Shown here: piece by piece, positions 37,730 through 46,883 of the stretch | Numbering within the stretch: the first letter of the stretch is position 1 | Layout of the letters: the number at the start of each line of letters is the position of its first letter | From: Nitrospirota bacterium | GTDB taxonomy: Bacteria > Nitrospirota > UBA9217 | Direction of reading: 5' to 3' | Assembly: GCA_963836175.1 (NCBI GenBank) | Contig: CAWIIS010000006.1 | Location: forward strand, 95,213-159,212 | DNA: 64,000 bases | Notes under the pieces: model-generated | Database searches by the model: none | What the model was told of the DNA's origin: nothing | What the model saw: the letters and a program-made list of their open reading frames with translations, nothing else | Position numbers and translations under genes: made by a program

Positions 37730-37945
37730 CTATGCAGCCTTTTTACTCTTGCGTCTTGCCATGAAATTGTCATACTCCTTCATGGCCTCATCCCGCGAGT
37801 AACCATACCGTTTTTGCAGGCTCCCGATCAGTTTTTCAGATTCGCCTTCTATCTGAGTCAGATCGTCGTCAGTCAGCTTACCCCATTGGACTTTGACCTC
37901 TCCTTTGATCTTCTTCCATTCGCCTTTGAGAATATCTGTGTTCAT
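37730..37945 (-). CDS. CsbD-family stress-response protein
   Basis: ORF 37730..37996. The likely start is MNTDILKGEWKK, after GAGGAGG. The CsbD signature is KGEVKVQWGKLTDDDLTQIEG....LIGSLQKRYGYSRDEA. Confidence 0.85.
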   Translation of the reverse strand: MNTDILKGEWKKIKGEVKVQWGKLTDDDLTQIEGESEKLIGSLQKRYGYSRDEAMKEYDNFMARRKSKKAA

Positions 37946-38417
37946 AGTTACCTCCTCTAGAATTTGGATTAATTTACTTACTTTTATTCTTCCCAAAAAT
38001 CATCTATAAGTCAAGACGCAATAAGTATGAAACATGCGGTCCGTGTGCCCAAGGTTGCACATACCTCGGGCATTCGGATAGATTAGACTCATGGGCAACT
38101 CTAAGAAAATTAGAAAAACAGGATTATCCCGCGGCAAAAGCTTAGTGCTTCGAGCATAAATTTTAGAGGATCGGGCTGTTGCGTAATGCAGGACTGGAAG
38201 ACTCGGGTCTTCGGCATGAAGCTGAATGTGATTTGCAGATCGTGTATTGACTCAGAGTAGCATTGCTGTCAGCATCAAAGATTGGACCCCACATGTCCTA
38301 CAGAACAACTCAATCTTTAAGTCTGATAATCATATGAAGGCACCTCAGCATACCAGAGCGCCTCGGCACTCTGGTATGCTTCAAGGAAAGAGTCCAATCT
38401 AACCTTGGAGGTGCTGT

Positions 38418-39437
38418 ATGAAATTGTACACGAGTTTTGACCTGCATTCAAACAATTCGTATCTCGGCATTAAGGATGAAAATGGCAAGCCTGTATTCAG
38501 GAAGAAACTGCCGAATGATCCCGAAATTATTCTCAATGCGCTTAAACCACATAAAAACGATATCGTCGGGATCGTCGTCGAGTCCACCTACAACTGGTAC
38601 TGGCTGGTCGATCTGCTTATGGCAGAAGGATACGTGGTTCATCTTGCCAATCCGTCAGCAATCCAGAAGTACTCAGGACTCAAACATGCTGATGATCAGG
38701 ACGATGCTTTATGGTTGTGTGAAATGCTTCGGCTCGGTATCTTGCCCGAGGGATACATCTATCCCAAGGATGACCGGCCGGTACGCGATCTTCTGCGAAA
38801 ACGCATGCACCTGGTGAGACTGCGGACCTCACTCATCGTGAGCCTGCAGAACATCCTCAGCCGAAACAACGGATTTAAGCTCAAAACAGCTGATGTCAAA
38901 GCGTTGAGCGAGGATCGGGTAGCTCCATATCTTTCGGCAAACGAGGACCTTGCTCTATCTGGGACCGTCAGTAAAGAGTCCATCGATTTTCTGACGCGGC
39001 AAATCAAAAAGATCGAGGCCATAATAGAAAATAAGGTTGAACTGACACATCCTTACGAGAAACTGCAAAGCGTATTCGGGATCGGCAAGATTCTGGCTCT
39101 TACCATCATGCTGGAAACCGGCCCGATCAGCCGCTTTGCCAAAGTCGGCAACTACGTATCCTACTGCCGGAAAGTTTCGACCAAATGGCTTAGTAACGAC
39201 AAGGTGAAGGGTAAAGGGAACAAGAAAAGCGGCAATAAGTATCTTGCATGGGCCTATTCCGAGGCGGCCGAACACGCACGGCGCCACTACACACAGGCCA
39301 GGACATACTACAATCGCAAGATGCAGAAAACCAACTTTATGACCGCGCACAACGCCCTTGCGCACAAACTGGCGAGAGCATCATACTACGTCATGCGTGA
39401 TGAGGTGAACTTTATGCCGGAGAAAATCTTCGTATGA
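38418..39437 (+). CDS. IS110-family (DEDD) transposase/recombinase
   Basis: 339-aa intact ORF. The N-terminal RuvC-like region is FDLHSNNSYLGI...GIVVESTYNWYWL. The C-terminal Tnp domain is GIGKILALTIMLETGPISRFAKVGNYVSYCR...SGNKYLAWAYSEAA. RBS is GGAGG. Confidence 0.9.
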   Translation: MKLYTSFDLHSNNSYLGIKDENGKPVFRKKLPNDPEIILNALKPHKNDIVGIVVESTYNWYWLVDLLMAEGYVVHLANPSAIQKYSGLKHADDQDDALWLCEMLRLGILPEGYIYPKDDRPVRDLLRKRMHLVRLRTSLIVSLQNILSRNNGFKLKTADVKALSEDRVAPYLSANEDLALSGTVSKESIDFLTRQIKKIEAIIENKVELTHPYEKLQSVFGIGKILALTIMLETGPISRFAKVGNYVSYCRKVSTKWLSNDKVKGKGNKKSGNKYLAWAYSEAAEHARRHYTQARTYYNRKMQKTNFMTAHNALAHKLARASYYVMRDEVNFMPEKIFV

Positions 39438-39851
39438 TCACAAGATGGCTGGAGCGGTGAACCTGCATAGGGTGTGGAAGAACCACTAAGTCTGATTGGT
39501 AATCCGCTCCACCCAATACTTATAGAGTTCTCGGAATCTTTACTGCCCGTGCCGTGAGCCACCCTGGGGCTGGCTAACAACCACATGATCTGTGATACCC
39601 TTTTTGGACACGGCAAGGAGCCGAAGATTTTCTGGTCCCCGCTCTGCGGGGAAAGGGTCATGCTGAGAACCGCGCATCACCAGCGAGACCTTAATCCAGA
39701 TGGGTGACTGGTACAGTGAAGAACTGATACCGAAACTGAATGAAACTACGGCAATAGTAAGGAAATCGACGACTGCATAAAGATCGACGAGAAAATTTCA
39801 TTTTCTCGCCACTAGGTGGGCTTTTTCACTTGACGGGATCCTTCAAATGGG

Positions 39852-39888
39852 TGACCCCATACGACCCTGACCCCATACGACCCGACCC
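39852..39888. repeat. Tandem 16-bp repeat (tgaccccatacgaccc x2 plus a partial unit)
   Basis: Read directly. It lies near the probable right end of the IS110 element. Confidence 0.8.
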
Positions 39889-40007
39889 TTAAATTTCTGC
39901 CCGTTCCTCAGCATCGCCGGCAGCGCAGATGAGCGATGCGAAAACCAACAGACGTTCATAATCGCCATCAGTGGAATGCGCAGGCCTTGTATTTGATGGC
40001 AAGATTA

Positions 40008-41600
40008 TTATTTCCTTGTTTCGCTTCTTTTCTCCATAAGTGCCTGTATCTTCCGGGTTAAGATCAGAGGTTGATCCCGATCCAGTGACAGAGATCGCTG
40101 ATAGTAATGTAGCGCTTTTTCATAGTCACCTGTTTTATCAAAAATAAGTCCTAAACCATAATAAGGCCGTGGATCAGCTGGTTCGTACTGGATGGCATTT
40201 TCCAGGCTGTTTTTTGCCTGGATCAAGTCTCCCTTCCCGATATATGCGCCGCCCTGAATCAGGTAGGGCATGTTAAAGCGAGGAGCCAATAATGCGGCTT
40301 TTTTACTAATCAGAATAGCTTTGTCAAAATCCTTTTTTTCATACAGATACGAATTTCCAAGTTCAACCAATGCAAACACAAAATTGGGGGAAAACTCCAG
40401 TGCTTTTTCCAGGTATGTTATGTTATCCTTCCAGTAGCGGGTCCGGTTGAACGTCATCATAGATTGGGTGATTATCAGCATGATTATGATGGCGATGGGA
40501 AGTGACTTTTTTCCCTTCACGTTTGAAAGAGCGAGCGCTATGCACGCACAGAATCCGAACGAAGCAAAGTACAACATCTTATCCGCCATCAGGTAGTTGT
40601 TATATGCTCCCACATTATAACTGATGGATATATATATGAAGAACCAAAGATACCAAAACAAATACTCTCGCTTGTTGCGCCAAAGGAACACACCTCCTGA
40701 CACAAGCGCCAGGACTACCCCATACGACAGCATTACCTCAGTGGTCAGCCGGGGAAAAAGTTCGGCCTGATATATCGTTACCGGCGCGTCCGGAAAAACA
40801 AAGATCTTCACGTACCGCTTGATGATGACAGCAACAGTGTTGGCCAGCGTGAGAGGTTCCACATCGGTTAGCAGGGTTGAACCGACGACTGCCCTTCTCA
40901 CCAGAAGAAATCCCCCCGCAAGCGCCAGGTAGATGACCGTTCGAGCATATCTTCTCGGACCGCTCTCTTGAGGATAGCAGTATTCATATAATACGAGGAT
41001 TATCGGCAGCAACACGGCGCTTTCCTGACAGAACAGTGCAAAGGCATAGACCGAGCAGGAGAGAACATACCGCTTCTGATGATAGAGTAATAATGTGAGA
41101 AAAGAAAAGAATGCCACGAACAGATAGGTGTCGGAATAGGCCCAGCTTACCGCCTCCGCTCGGGCGGGATTTACTGCGAAGAGAAGAGCTGCAACGAACG
41201 CCGTCTGAACATTTTTCACAAGCGTATGGACGAAAAGAAAGGCTAACACCACGACTGCAGCGTTCATCACAATATTTACGATGTTGTACCCGATGGGATT
41301 GCCGCCAAACATCTGATACTCAATCAGATGGATAATCTTTATCAGGGGACGATAATAGAGAAGCGCCCCTTCCAATTGCAAATGTGCAGGGAAATGCGCT
41401 GTCGAGCTCTCAATAAAATATTGGGGAATATATTCAATTTCCCGAATAGAGGGATCTGAACTGAAAACCACCCTGGAATCCCAAACAAATTCATTTTGCA
41501 CTGAATTTACATACTGGAGCAGAGCCATACAAAACAACAAAATCATCAATAGCTGTATTAGTTTATTCTCTTTCTTGACATGTTCAGCGTCATGCATCAT
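40008..41600 (-). CDS. Polytopic membrane protein with C-terminal TPR repeats (PMT/TMTC-like glycosyltransferase family 39-type architecture)
   Basis: 530-aa intact AT-rich ORF with about 10 predicted TM helices followed by TPR-like repeats (YLEKALEFSPNF..., LENAIQYEPADPRPYYGLGLIF...). Confidence 0.6.
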   Translation of the reverse strand: MMHDAEHVKKENKLIQLLMILLFCMALLQYVNSVQNEFVWDSRVVFSSDPSIREIEYIPQYFIESSTAHFPAHLQLEGALLYYRPLIKIIHLIEYQMFGGNPIGYNIVNIVMNAAVVVLAFLFVHTLVKNVQTAFVAALLFAVNPARAEAVSWAYSDTYLFVAFFSFLTLLLYHQKRYVLSCSVYAFALFCQESAVLLPIILVLYEYCYPQESGPRRYARTVIYLALAGGFLLVRRAVVGSTLLTDVEPLTLANTVAVIIKRYVKIFVFPDAPVTIYQAELFPRLTTEVMLSYGVVLALVSGGVFLWRNKREYLFWYLWFFIYISISYNVGAYNNYLMADKMLYFASFGFCACIALALSNVKGKKSLPIAIIIMLIITQSMMTFNRTRYWKDNITYLEKALEFSPNFVFALVELGNSYLYEKKDFDKAILISKKAALLAPRFNMPYLIQGGAYIGKGDLIQAKNSLENAIQYEPADPRPYYGLGLIFDKTGDYEKALHYYQRSLSLDRDQPLILTRKIQALMEKRSETRK

Positions 41601-41916
41601 GGTGGCCTGCTTTCAGATGTAGTTCTCTCGCTATTTGATCATAGTGCTACGTGATACTATCATAGAGCCGCCATCAAAACAATAGAACAATGTACCGAGG
41701 TCTCGAAGGCCGGCTGGGCTGCGCTTTTAAATGCGTATTCTCCCCTTCAGAAGACATATTCGATTCCCGGACAGGCAAATCGTTACTTGTTAAAGGTCAC
41801 GACATCGACACAGATTTATGATGCCACGACATCGTGCACAAAAGCTCTTTGACAATCGAGTAGTAGCCATATCATGAACACCACCAAACCATAGGAGGTT
41901 TTCTGAAAAAGAAGAT

Positions 41917-42590
41917 TCAGCAGGAACGAGCAGCGGCAGTGCAGAGATACACTGCCGGAGAAGATCCCGAGAGCATCTGCGCCTCTATGAAAGGATTTGC
42001 CTTCTTCGCTAATTTAATATCCATCTTCAACTGCTGTTTGAGCACCTTCCGCACATCAGCCATGCGGACACTCTCCGGTGTTTGTATTTCAACGACGCGA
42101 GCCGATGTTGCCGGACCCGTTGCTTCCTCACGATCGGCACCTCGCGCAGCGGAGCGATGAGCGTTGTCGATCATCGGGGAACTCTTTTGCGAAGTCTTTG
42201 GGAGAATCTCCCAACCTCTTGCTCGATTCGGGACCTTTGATCAGGTCGGCCATAGCAACGCCTCGAAGCGTAAAAAAGAGCGTCGGATCTTCGTCGAGCC
42301 TGGCGCCGATGCCATACAGCGTGGCTGCAATGTGCTTGCACATGCTCGCCCAGTCCGAACAGGAACACTCGAGTTCTATCTCCCTGGGTGACGGGAACAA
42401 GCCTGTCTTTGGCTGCAGGAACGCCTCTTCGACTGCCTTGGGGAATTTCCCGGCCAGCAGTTCGACCAGCGACGCAAGTTTCCCTTCGCACGCGTGGACG
42501 ACCAGGTTCCAGGTGTTCTTATTCAGCTTTTGTATCCTGATCGTGACCTGATAGGGTTTCGCCCGGGAGCGGCAATCTCGATTTATCTGG
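41917..42590 (-). pseudogene. SWIM zinc-finger family protein remnant (N-terminally truncated, frame-shifted)
   Basis: ORF 42128..42400 carries the SWIM CxC...CxH motif (CSCSDWASMCKHIAATLYGIG). Adjacent frames carry upstream (KPYQVTIRIQKLNKNTWNLV) and downstream pieces. The reading frame closes at a REP-like repeat near 42590 with no start codon. Confidence 0.6.
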
Positions 42591-42632
42591 CAGATACGAA
42601 CGACGAGATTGCTTCGCTACGCTCGCAAAGAC
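42567..42632. repeat. REP-like hairpin element (second locus of the 16453..16535 family)
   Basis: gggagcggcaatctcg ... cgagattgcttcgctacgctcgcaaagacggc. Confidence 0.75.
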
Positions 42633-42692
42633 GGCTTTTTTCGACCTGTTACGGATGCATCAAGAATATATGCTCTCTGCAAAGCGATGTCA

Positions 42693-42711
42693 ACGATTAC
42701 GATGGGTAATG
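42693..42711. repeat. Left copy of the 19-bp direct repeat flanking the ISNCY-like element
   Basis: acgattacgatgggtaatg, identical to 44120..44138. Confidence 0.9.
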
Positions 42712-44119
42712 TCAACCCAAAGTAGAAATGTCCTACTCTTACCAAGATAGAAATGTCCGCTTTTTAAGAAGCAATAGGAAATTGTACGTTTGCTCTGCGG
42801 AGTCTCTTCCAGGGATGATCTGATGGTTGATACCGACTTGTCGGTTTCTTAATGACTGCCGGTGTTTTAGGGTTTTCTTTTGCTGGCCGTGTTTTGATCT
42901 CCCGGTATGTTAATTCCAAACCCCTGTGAGTGATATGCAGAGATCCATCGAGTCGTTCTTCCACCGCGACCTTTTTAGTCTTTATAGCGTCTTTGATCTG
43001 GTACAGTTTGCCATTATAAGCTATGGTGAAATCGTTTCGTAGCGTACGCTCCTCTCGAATGCAGAAGATCTTGTCGAGTTCCCTTATGGATAGCGCGCGT
43101 TGGTGTACATCGACTGCAGAAACGGGTTTTACCTTGAATTTCGCATTGTATATTGGATGATACTTTATCAGGAATTCGTTTGCCTGCACGACACTATTTA
43201 CCCTGGCAAGCCTCATCTCTTTAACCAATCGATCCTGGAGTGTTCGAAAACTTCTTTCTACCCTCCCTTTTGCCTGGGGTGAATTCGCATGGATGACCGT
43301 TACTCCGAGTTCGGTTAGACTCCGTTCAAACTGGCTCATGGGTTTTTTATCTTCCAACTCATCCTCGATGCTCTGCTTGGCATTGGATTTATACGTTGAG
43401 TGCTTGTCCAAATAAACGCTCTGTGGAATGCCGTAGCGCTTTATATACCGCTTGAAGCTGTCCATGGCTGGCATGGTCCCCTCATAGTCATAAAAGCGCC
43501 CATACACCGTTCCTGTGGCATCATCGATATATCCCATTAATACGCACTCAGGGCCTCGGCCTTCGAACCAGTCATGAGGGGAGCCATCCATCTGGATCAT
43601 TTCACCGAAATGGTGCTTTCTCTCGCGCCACTGCCGGTGCTTTCGACCCTTCCGCTTCTCATAGGGGATGCTTTCCTGATTAAGCCATAGACGAAGGGTT
43701 TCGTCGCTAAGCTTGATTTCATGAACATCAAGAAGCTTCTCGCAGGCAAAGGTCGGGCCAAAATCACCGTATTTCTCCCGATACAACTTGAGTGTTTTGT
43801 CTTTGACCTTCTGAGGGAAGCGACGATTCGAGGCTTTGCCGCGAGAACGATGGCTAATGCCATCGTCTCCCTCCTTCCGTACTCGCTTAAGTATCCGCCT
43901 AATCTGCCTGCTGCTCAAGCCTATGAGTTCAGCAGCCGTCTTCTGCGTAATCCGTCTATCCAACGCCTGGTGGATAATGTGCAGTCTTTTTGTCTCTCTT
44001 CTGCTCATTGTTATCATGTCCTTGTCCGTCACAGTACCCTCCAATAACGTCAGGGTATTGTAACTTAGAATAGGACATTTCTACTTTGGCAGAATAGGAC
44101 ATTATCATTTTGGGAGCAC
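42712..44119 (-). mobile_element. ISNCY-like insertion sequence with imperfect terminal inverted repeats
   Basis: Bounded by the identical 19-bp direct repeats. Both ends contain CCCAAA..(A/G)TA(G/A)AAATGTCCTA motifs in inverted orientation, each duplicated internally (left 42716..42760, right 44067..44115). It carries a single DDE transposase gene. Confidence 0.8.
42764..44044 (-). CDS. ISNCY-family DDE (rve) transposase
   Basis: 426-aa intact ORF with N-terminal HTH regions (RRETKRLHIIHQALDRRITQKTAAELIGLSSRQIRRIL). The integrase core has D...D...E context (IQMDGSPHDWF, GYIDDATG, SPQAKGRVERSFRTLQDRL). Confidence 0.85.
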   Translation of the reverse strand: MEGTVTDKDMITMSRRETKRLHIIHQALDRRITQKTAAELIGLSSRQIRRILKRVRKEGDDGISHRSRGKASNRRFPQKVKDKTLKLYREKYGDFGPTFACEKLLDVHEIKLSDETLRLWLNQESIPYEKRKGRKHRQWRERKHHFGEMIQMDGSPHDWFEGRGPECVLMGYIDDATGTVYGRFYDYEGTMPAMDSFKRYIKRYGIPQSVYLDKHSTYKSNAKQSIEDELEDKKPMSQFERSLTELGVTVIHANSPQAKGRVERSFRTLQDRLVKEMRLARVNSVVQANEFLIKYHPIYNAKFKVKPVSAVDVHQRALSIRELDKIFCIREERTLRNDFTIAYNGKLYQIKDAIKTKKVAVEERLDGSLHITHRGLELTYREIKTRPAKENPKTPAVIKKPTSRYQPSDHPWKRLRRANVQFPIAS

Positions 44120-44138
44120 ACGATTACGATGGGTAATG
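44120..44138. repeat. Right copy of the 19-bp direct repeat flanking the ISNCY-like element
   Basis: acgattacgatgggtaatg. Confidence 0.9.
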
Positions 44139-44220
44139 ATGGGGTATATGCAAAAGGGAATAAAATATTTACAAAGGAATGCAACTCAACAATTCTGATC
44201 AAGTCGTAAGAAGTTCTTTT

Positions 44221-44252
44221 TTACCGCGGAGACACTGAGACGCAGAGAAAAT
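44221..44252. repeat. Short dispersed repeat (ttaccgcggagacactgagacgcagagaaaat variant)
   Basis: Related to 20824, 22722 and 29634. Confidence 0.65.
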
Positions 44253-44328
44253 CTCTATTATTTTCAAGGTGCCTTCCCGCGCCTCCGCGCCTCGGCGGTG
44301 GACAGTGACTTTTCTACGAATGTATTAA

Positions 44329-44838
44329 TTATAAAACGACCTCTCCGGTCTTCCTGTTTGACCTCTCCTGTTTCGGATCAAAACGATCTATTTTTTTTAT
44401 ATAGATCGTCTTATCAACTGACGCGTGCAGAGTGCCGTCGGCATCAACGAGCTCAACGAGATAGGACCGCTCCACGGACGGCGAGGCTCCGGCCGCAGTC
44501 TTGATGGCAGCGATCTCTTCGCCCGTCAGAATAAACTGCGCGTACAACGTGCCTTTCCCCGGCCGCTTGAAGCGGATCGCAGCCGCCTTGTCCCAGACCA
44601 CATACTCGGGTCCAAGGATCTTCATCAGCATGATCATATAGATGGGATCGACCGCAGCATACATGCTTCCGCCGAAAATCGTGCCCACGATGTTTCTCGT
44701 CCTCCAGCTTAACGGCACCTTGATGCGCACTTCGCGCCAGTCAGAGGCGATATAGGTGATGCGCGCACCCGTGCCGCGATAGGCGGGAAAGAAATTGAAT
44801 CCCAAGCGCGTGAGCGTTGTTGACAGCGATTCCGGCAT
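44329..44838 (-). CDS. DUF4442-like hot-dog-fold (thioesterase-like) protein
   Basis: ORF 44329..44910. The likely start is MPESLST at 44838, because the upstream part overlaps the trpB2 terminator. The pattern FFPAYRGTGARITYIASDWREVRIKVPL...IFGGSMYAAVDPIY fits DUF4442. Confidence 0.6.
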   Translation of the reverse strand: MPESLSTTLTRLGFNFFPAYRGTGARITYIASDWREVRIKVPLSWRTRNIVGTIFGGSMYAAVDPIYMIMLMKILGPEYVVWDKAAAIRFKRPGKGTLYAQFILTGEEIAAIKTAAGASPSVERSYLVELVDADGTLHASVDKTIYIKKIDRFDPKQERSNRKTGEVVL

Positions 44839-44903
44839 GGTGTGCCCCTTCCCCTGTTGACTGACTTTACCGAACAGCGCCCGATGGGGCATCAATAAAA
44901 GAA

Positions 44904-44931
44904 AGCCCACGGCACTTCATCGCCGTGGGCT
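44904..44931 (-). terminator. Intrinsic terminator after TrpB2
   Basis: 10-bp stem agcccacggc / gccgtgggct, followed on the minus strand by a T-rich run (ctttcttttatt). Confidence 0.65.
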
Positions 44932-44957
44932 TTTCGTATTTTATGCGAAAACAGTGA

Positions 44958-46320
44958 TTACGCGATGACCGGAAGTTTTGCCAGCGATTTTTTGATGTCC
45001 TCTTCCGGATGCTCGTGGTCCATCAGCTTGCCTTCGTGGTAGTCGGCATAGGCCTGGAGGTCCAGGTAGCCATGGCCGCTCAGGTTGAAGAGGATGGTCT
45101 TCTGCTTGCCTTCCTCTTTGCAGAGCAGCGCCTCATCGATGGCGGCCCGGATCGCATGGGCGCTTTCGGGCGCCGGGAATGATCGCCTCGGTGTTCGCGA
45201 ACTGCATGGCTGCCTCGAACACGGCGGTCTGGTGATAGGCCCTGGCCTCGATGAGCTTGTCGTGGTACAGCTGGGACACGAGCGGCGAATCGCCGTGATA
45301 CCGCAGTCCGCCGGCGTGGATGCCGGACGGCATGAAGTCATGGCCCAGGGTGTACATCGTCATGAGCGGCGTAAAGCCGGCAACATCGCCGAAATCATAC
45401 CGGAACTCGCCCTTGGTGAGCGTCGGGCAGGAGGTCGGCTCGACCGCAATGACCCGGACGTCTTTCTTGTTGCCCTTGATCTTGTCATGCAGGAAGGGGA
45501 AGCCGATGCCGGCGAGGTTGCTCCCGCCGCCGCAGCAGCCGATCACGATGTCCGGATAGTCGCCGACGATCTCCAGCTGCTTCTTTGCCTCGAGCCCGAT
45601 GACGGTCTGGTGCAGGCAGACATGGTTCAGCACCGAACCGAGCGCATAGTTCGTGTCGTTGTGCGTGGCCGCGTCCTCCACCGCCTCCGAGATGGCGATG
45701 CCGAGGCTGCCCGAGCTGTCGGGTCGACTTCGAGGATCTTCCTGCCCGAGTTCGTCGCGTTCGACGGGCTGGCGTGCACCGTAGCGCCCCAGGTCTCCAT
45801 CATGATCCTGCGGTAGGGCTTCTGGCCGTAGCTCACCTTCACCATATAGACCGTGACGTCGAGGCCGAAGAGCTTGCCGGCCAGCGCCATGGAGGAGCCC
45901 CACTGGCCCGCGCCGGTCTCGGTCGCGATGCGCTTGATCCCCGCCTTCTTATTGTAGTAGGCCTGGGGGATGGAGGTGTTCGGCTTGTGGCTGCCGGCGG
46001 GGCTTACGCCTTCATATTTATAGTAGATCTTCGCCGGCGTGCCGAGCAGCTTCTTCGAGCCGGTGCGCGCGGAACAGCGGCGACGGCCGCCAGAGCGAAT
46101 AGATGTCGAGCACCTCTTCGGGGATATCGATCCAGCGCTCCTGCGTCATTTCCTGCTCAATGAGCGCCATGGGGAAGATCGGCGTCAGGTCGTCGGGCCC
46201 GACCGGCTGCTTCGTGGCCGGATGCAGCGGCGGCTTCGGCAGGTTCGGCATGTCCGCCATGATGTTGTACCACTTGGTCGGGATCTCTTTGTCGGAAAGA
46301 ACGATCTTGGTCTGTCTCAT
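44958..46320 (-). CDS. trpB: TrpB2-type tryptophan synthase beta-like PLP enzyme, with several frame changes
   Basis: ORF 46018..46320 has the TrpB2 N-terminus ([22 protein letters not shown]). ORFs 45627..45890, 45133..45903 and 44958..45341 carry the PLP-binding core (GGGSNLAGI) and the C-terminus ([16 protein letters not shown]). Confidence 0.85.
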
Positions 46321-46497
46321 ACTTCCTCCTCAAACATTATGGTCATGACTCAGATGCAACAAAGTGCGGCTATTTTATACTATTTGTGGGGCTTGCACAA
46401 AGGTATTTTATTTCCGTGTTTTTTTCCTGACAGGGTCAGCAGCTCAGGAAAGCTTGAAAGATTGTTACCGCAGACGAAGAGGGAGAAATTACCATAG

Positions 46498-46533
46498 CCC
46501 CTCCTTGACTAAGGAGGGGTTGGGGTGGTGGGT
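46498..46533. repeat. REP-like hairpin (cccctcctt gacta aggagggg + ttggggtggtgggt)
   Basis: Read directly. It lies between the RAM-domain gene and trpB2. Confidence 0.6.
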
Positions 46534-46544
46534 TCTCAGCCGCT

Positions 46545-46820
46545 TCACGAGCCGATGGAGAACATGCTTTCCAGGTCGTGGCGGGAGTGCACCCTGAACG
46601 CCATGAGTGTTTCGGACGTAAGGATGCCGTCTACTTTCAGCATATGGTTCGTCACCAGTTCCGCCATCTGCTCGCTGTCCTTCACCCGGATGACCACGGC
46701 AAGATCGTACCTTCCGGCGACCGAATATACTTCCGTGATGCCCTCCATCTCCGCAAGCGCTTCGGCAACCGTATTCACTTTGTCACGCGCCACCGTTAAC
46801 AGGACCAGAGCTGTGTTCAT
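46545..46820 (-). CDS. Stand-alone Lrp/AsnC ligand-binding (RAM) domain protein
   Basis: 91-aa ORF after GAAGGAGG. The pattern ALVLLTVARDKVNTVAEALAEMEGITEVYSVAGRYDLAVVIRVKDSEQMAELV is typical of the AsnC_trans_reg domain. No HTH is present. Confidence 0.75.
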   Translation of the reverse strand: MNTALVLLTVARDKVNTVAEALAEMEGITEVYSVAGRYDLAVVIRVKDSEQMAELVTNHMLKVDGILTSETLMAFRVHSRHDLESMFSIGS

Positions 46821-46883
46821 AGGGCCTCCTTCGCAATGATTTGTTTCAGTATATCAGATTCCATCTTTCAAGGTTGCCGGTTC

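Larger units (their letters stand above)
38000..39900 (+). mobile_element. IS110-family insertion sequence (ends not determined)
   Basis: AT-richer block containing a DEDD-type transposase, about 400 nt of non-coding sequence on each side, and no terminal inverted repeats, as expected for IS110. The boundaries given are approximate. Confidence 0.6.

Noticed and set aside
37540-37730. Open frame encoding ...KKAKEILVRTGAQDVGSKAEVKTKAA downstream of csbD
   Set aside because: There is no start codon after the preceding stop, and it is very short. It is probably non-coding or a remnant.
38318-39496. 10-nt identity (taagtctgat) upstream (38318..38327) and downstream (39487..39496) of the IS110 transposase as element ends or a target duplication
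   Set aside because: A single 10-mer match between two flanks of about 400 nt each is not far from chance expectation. It also lies well inside the likely element. I record it only as something to look at once the true ends are known.
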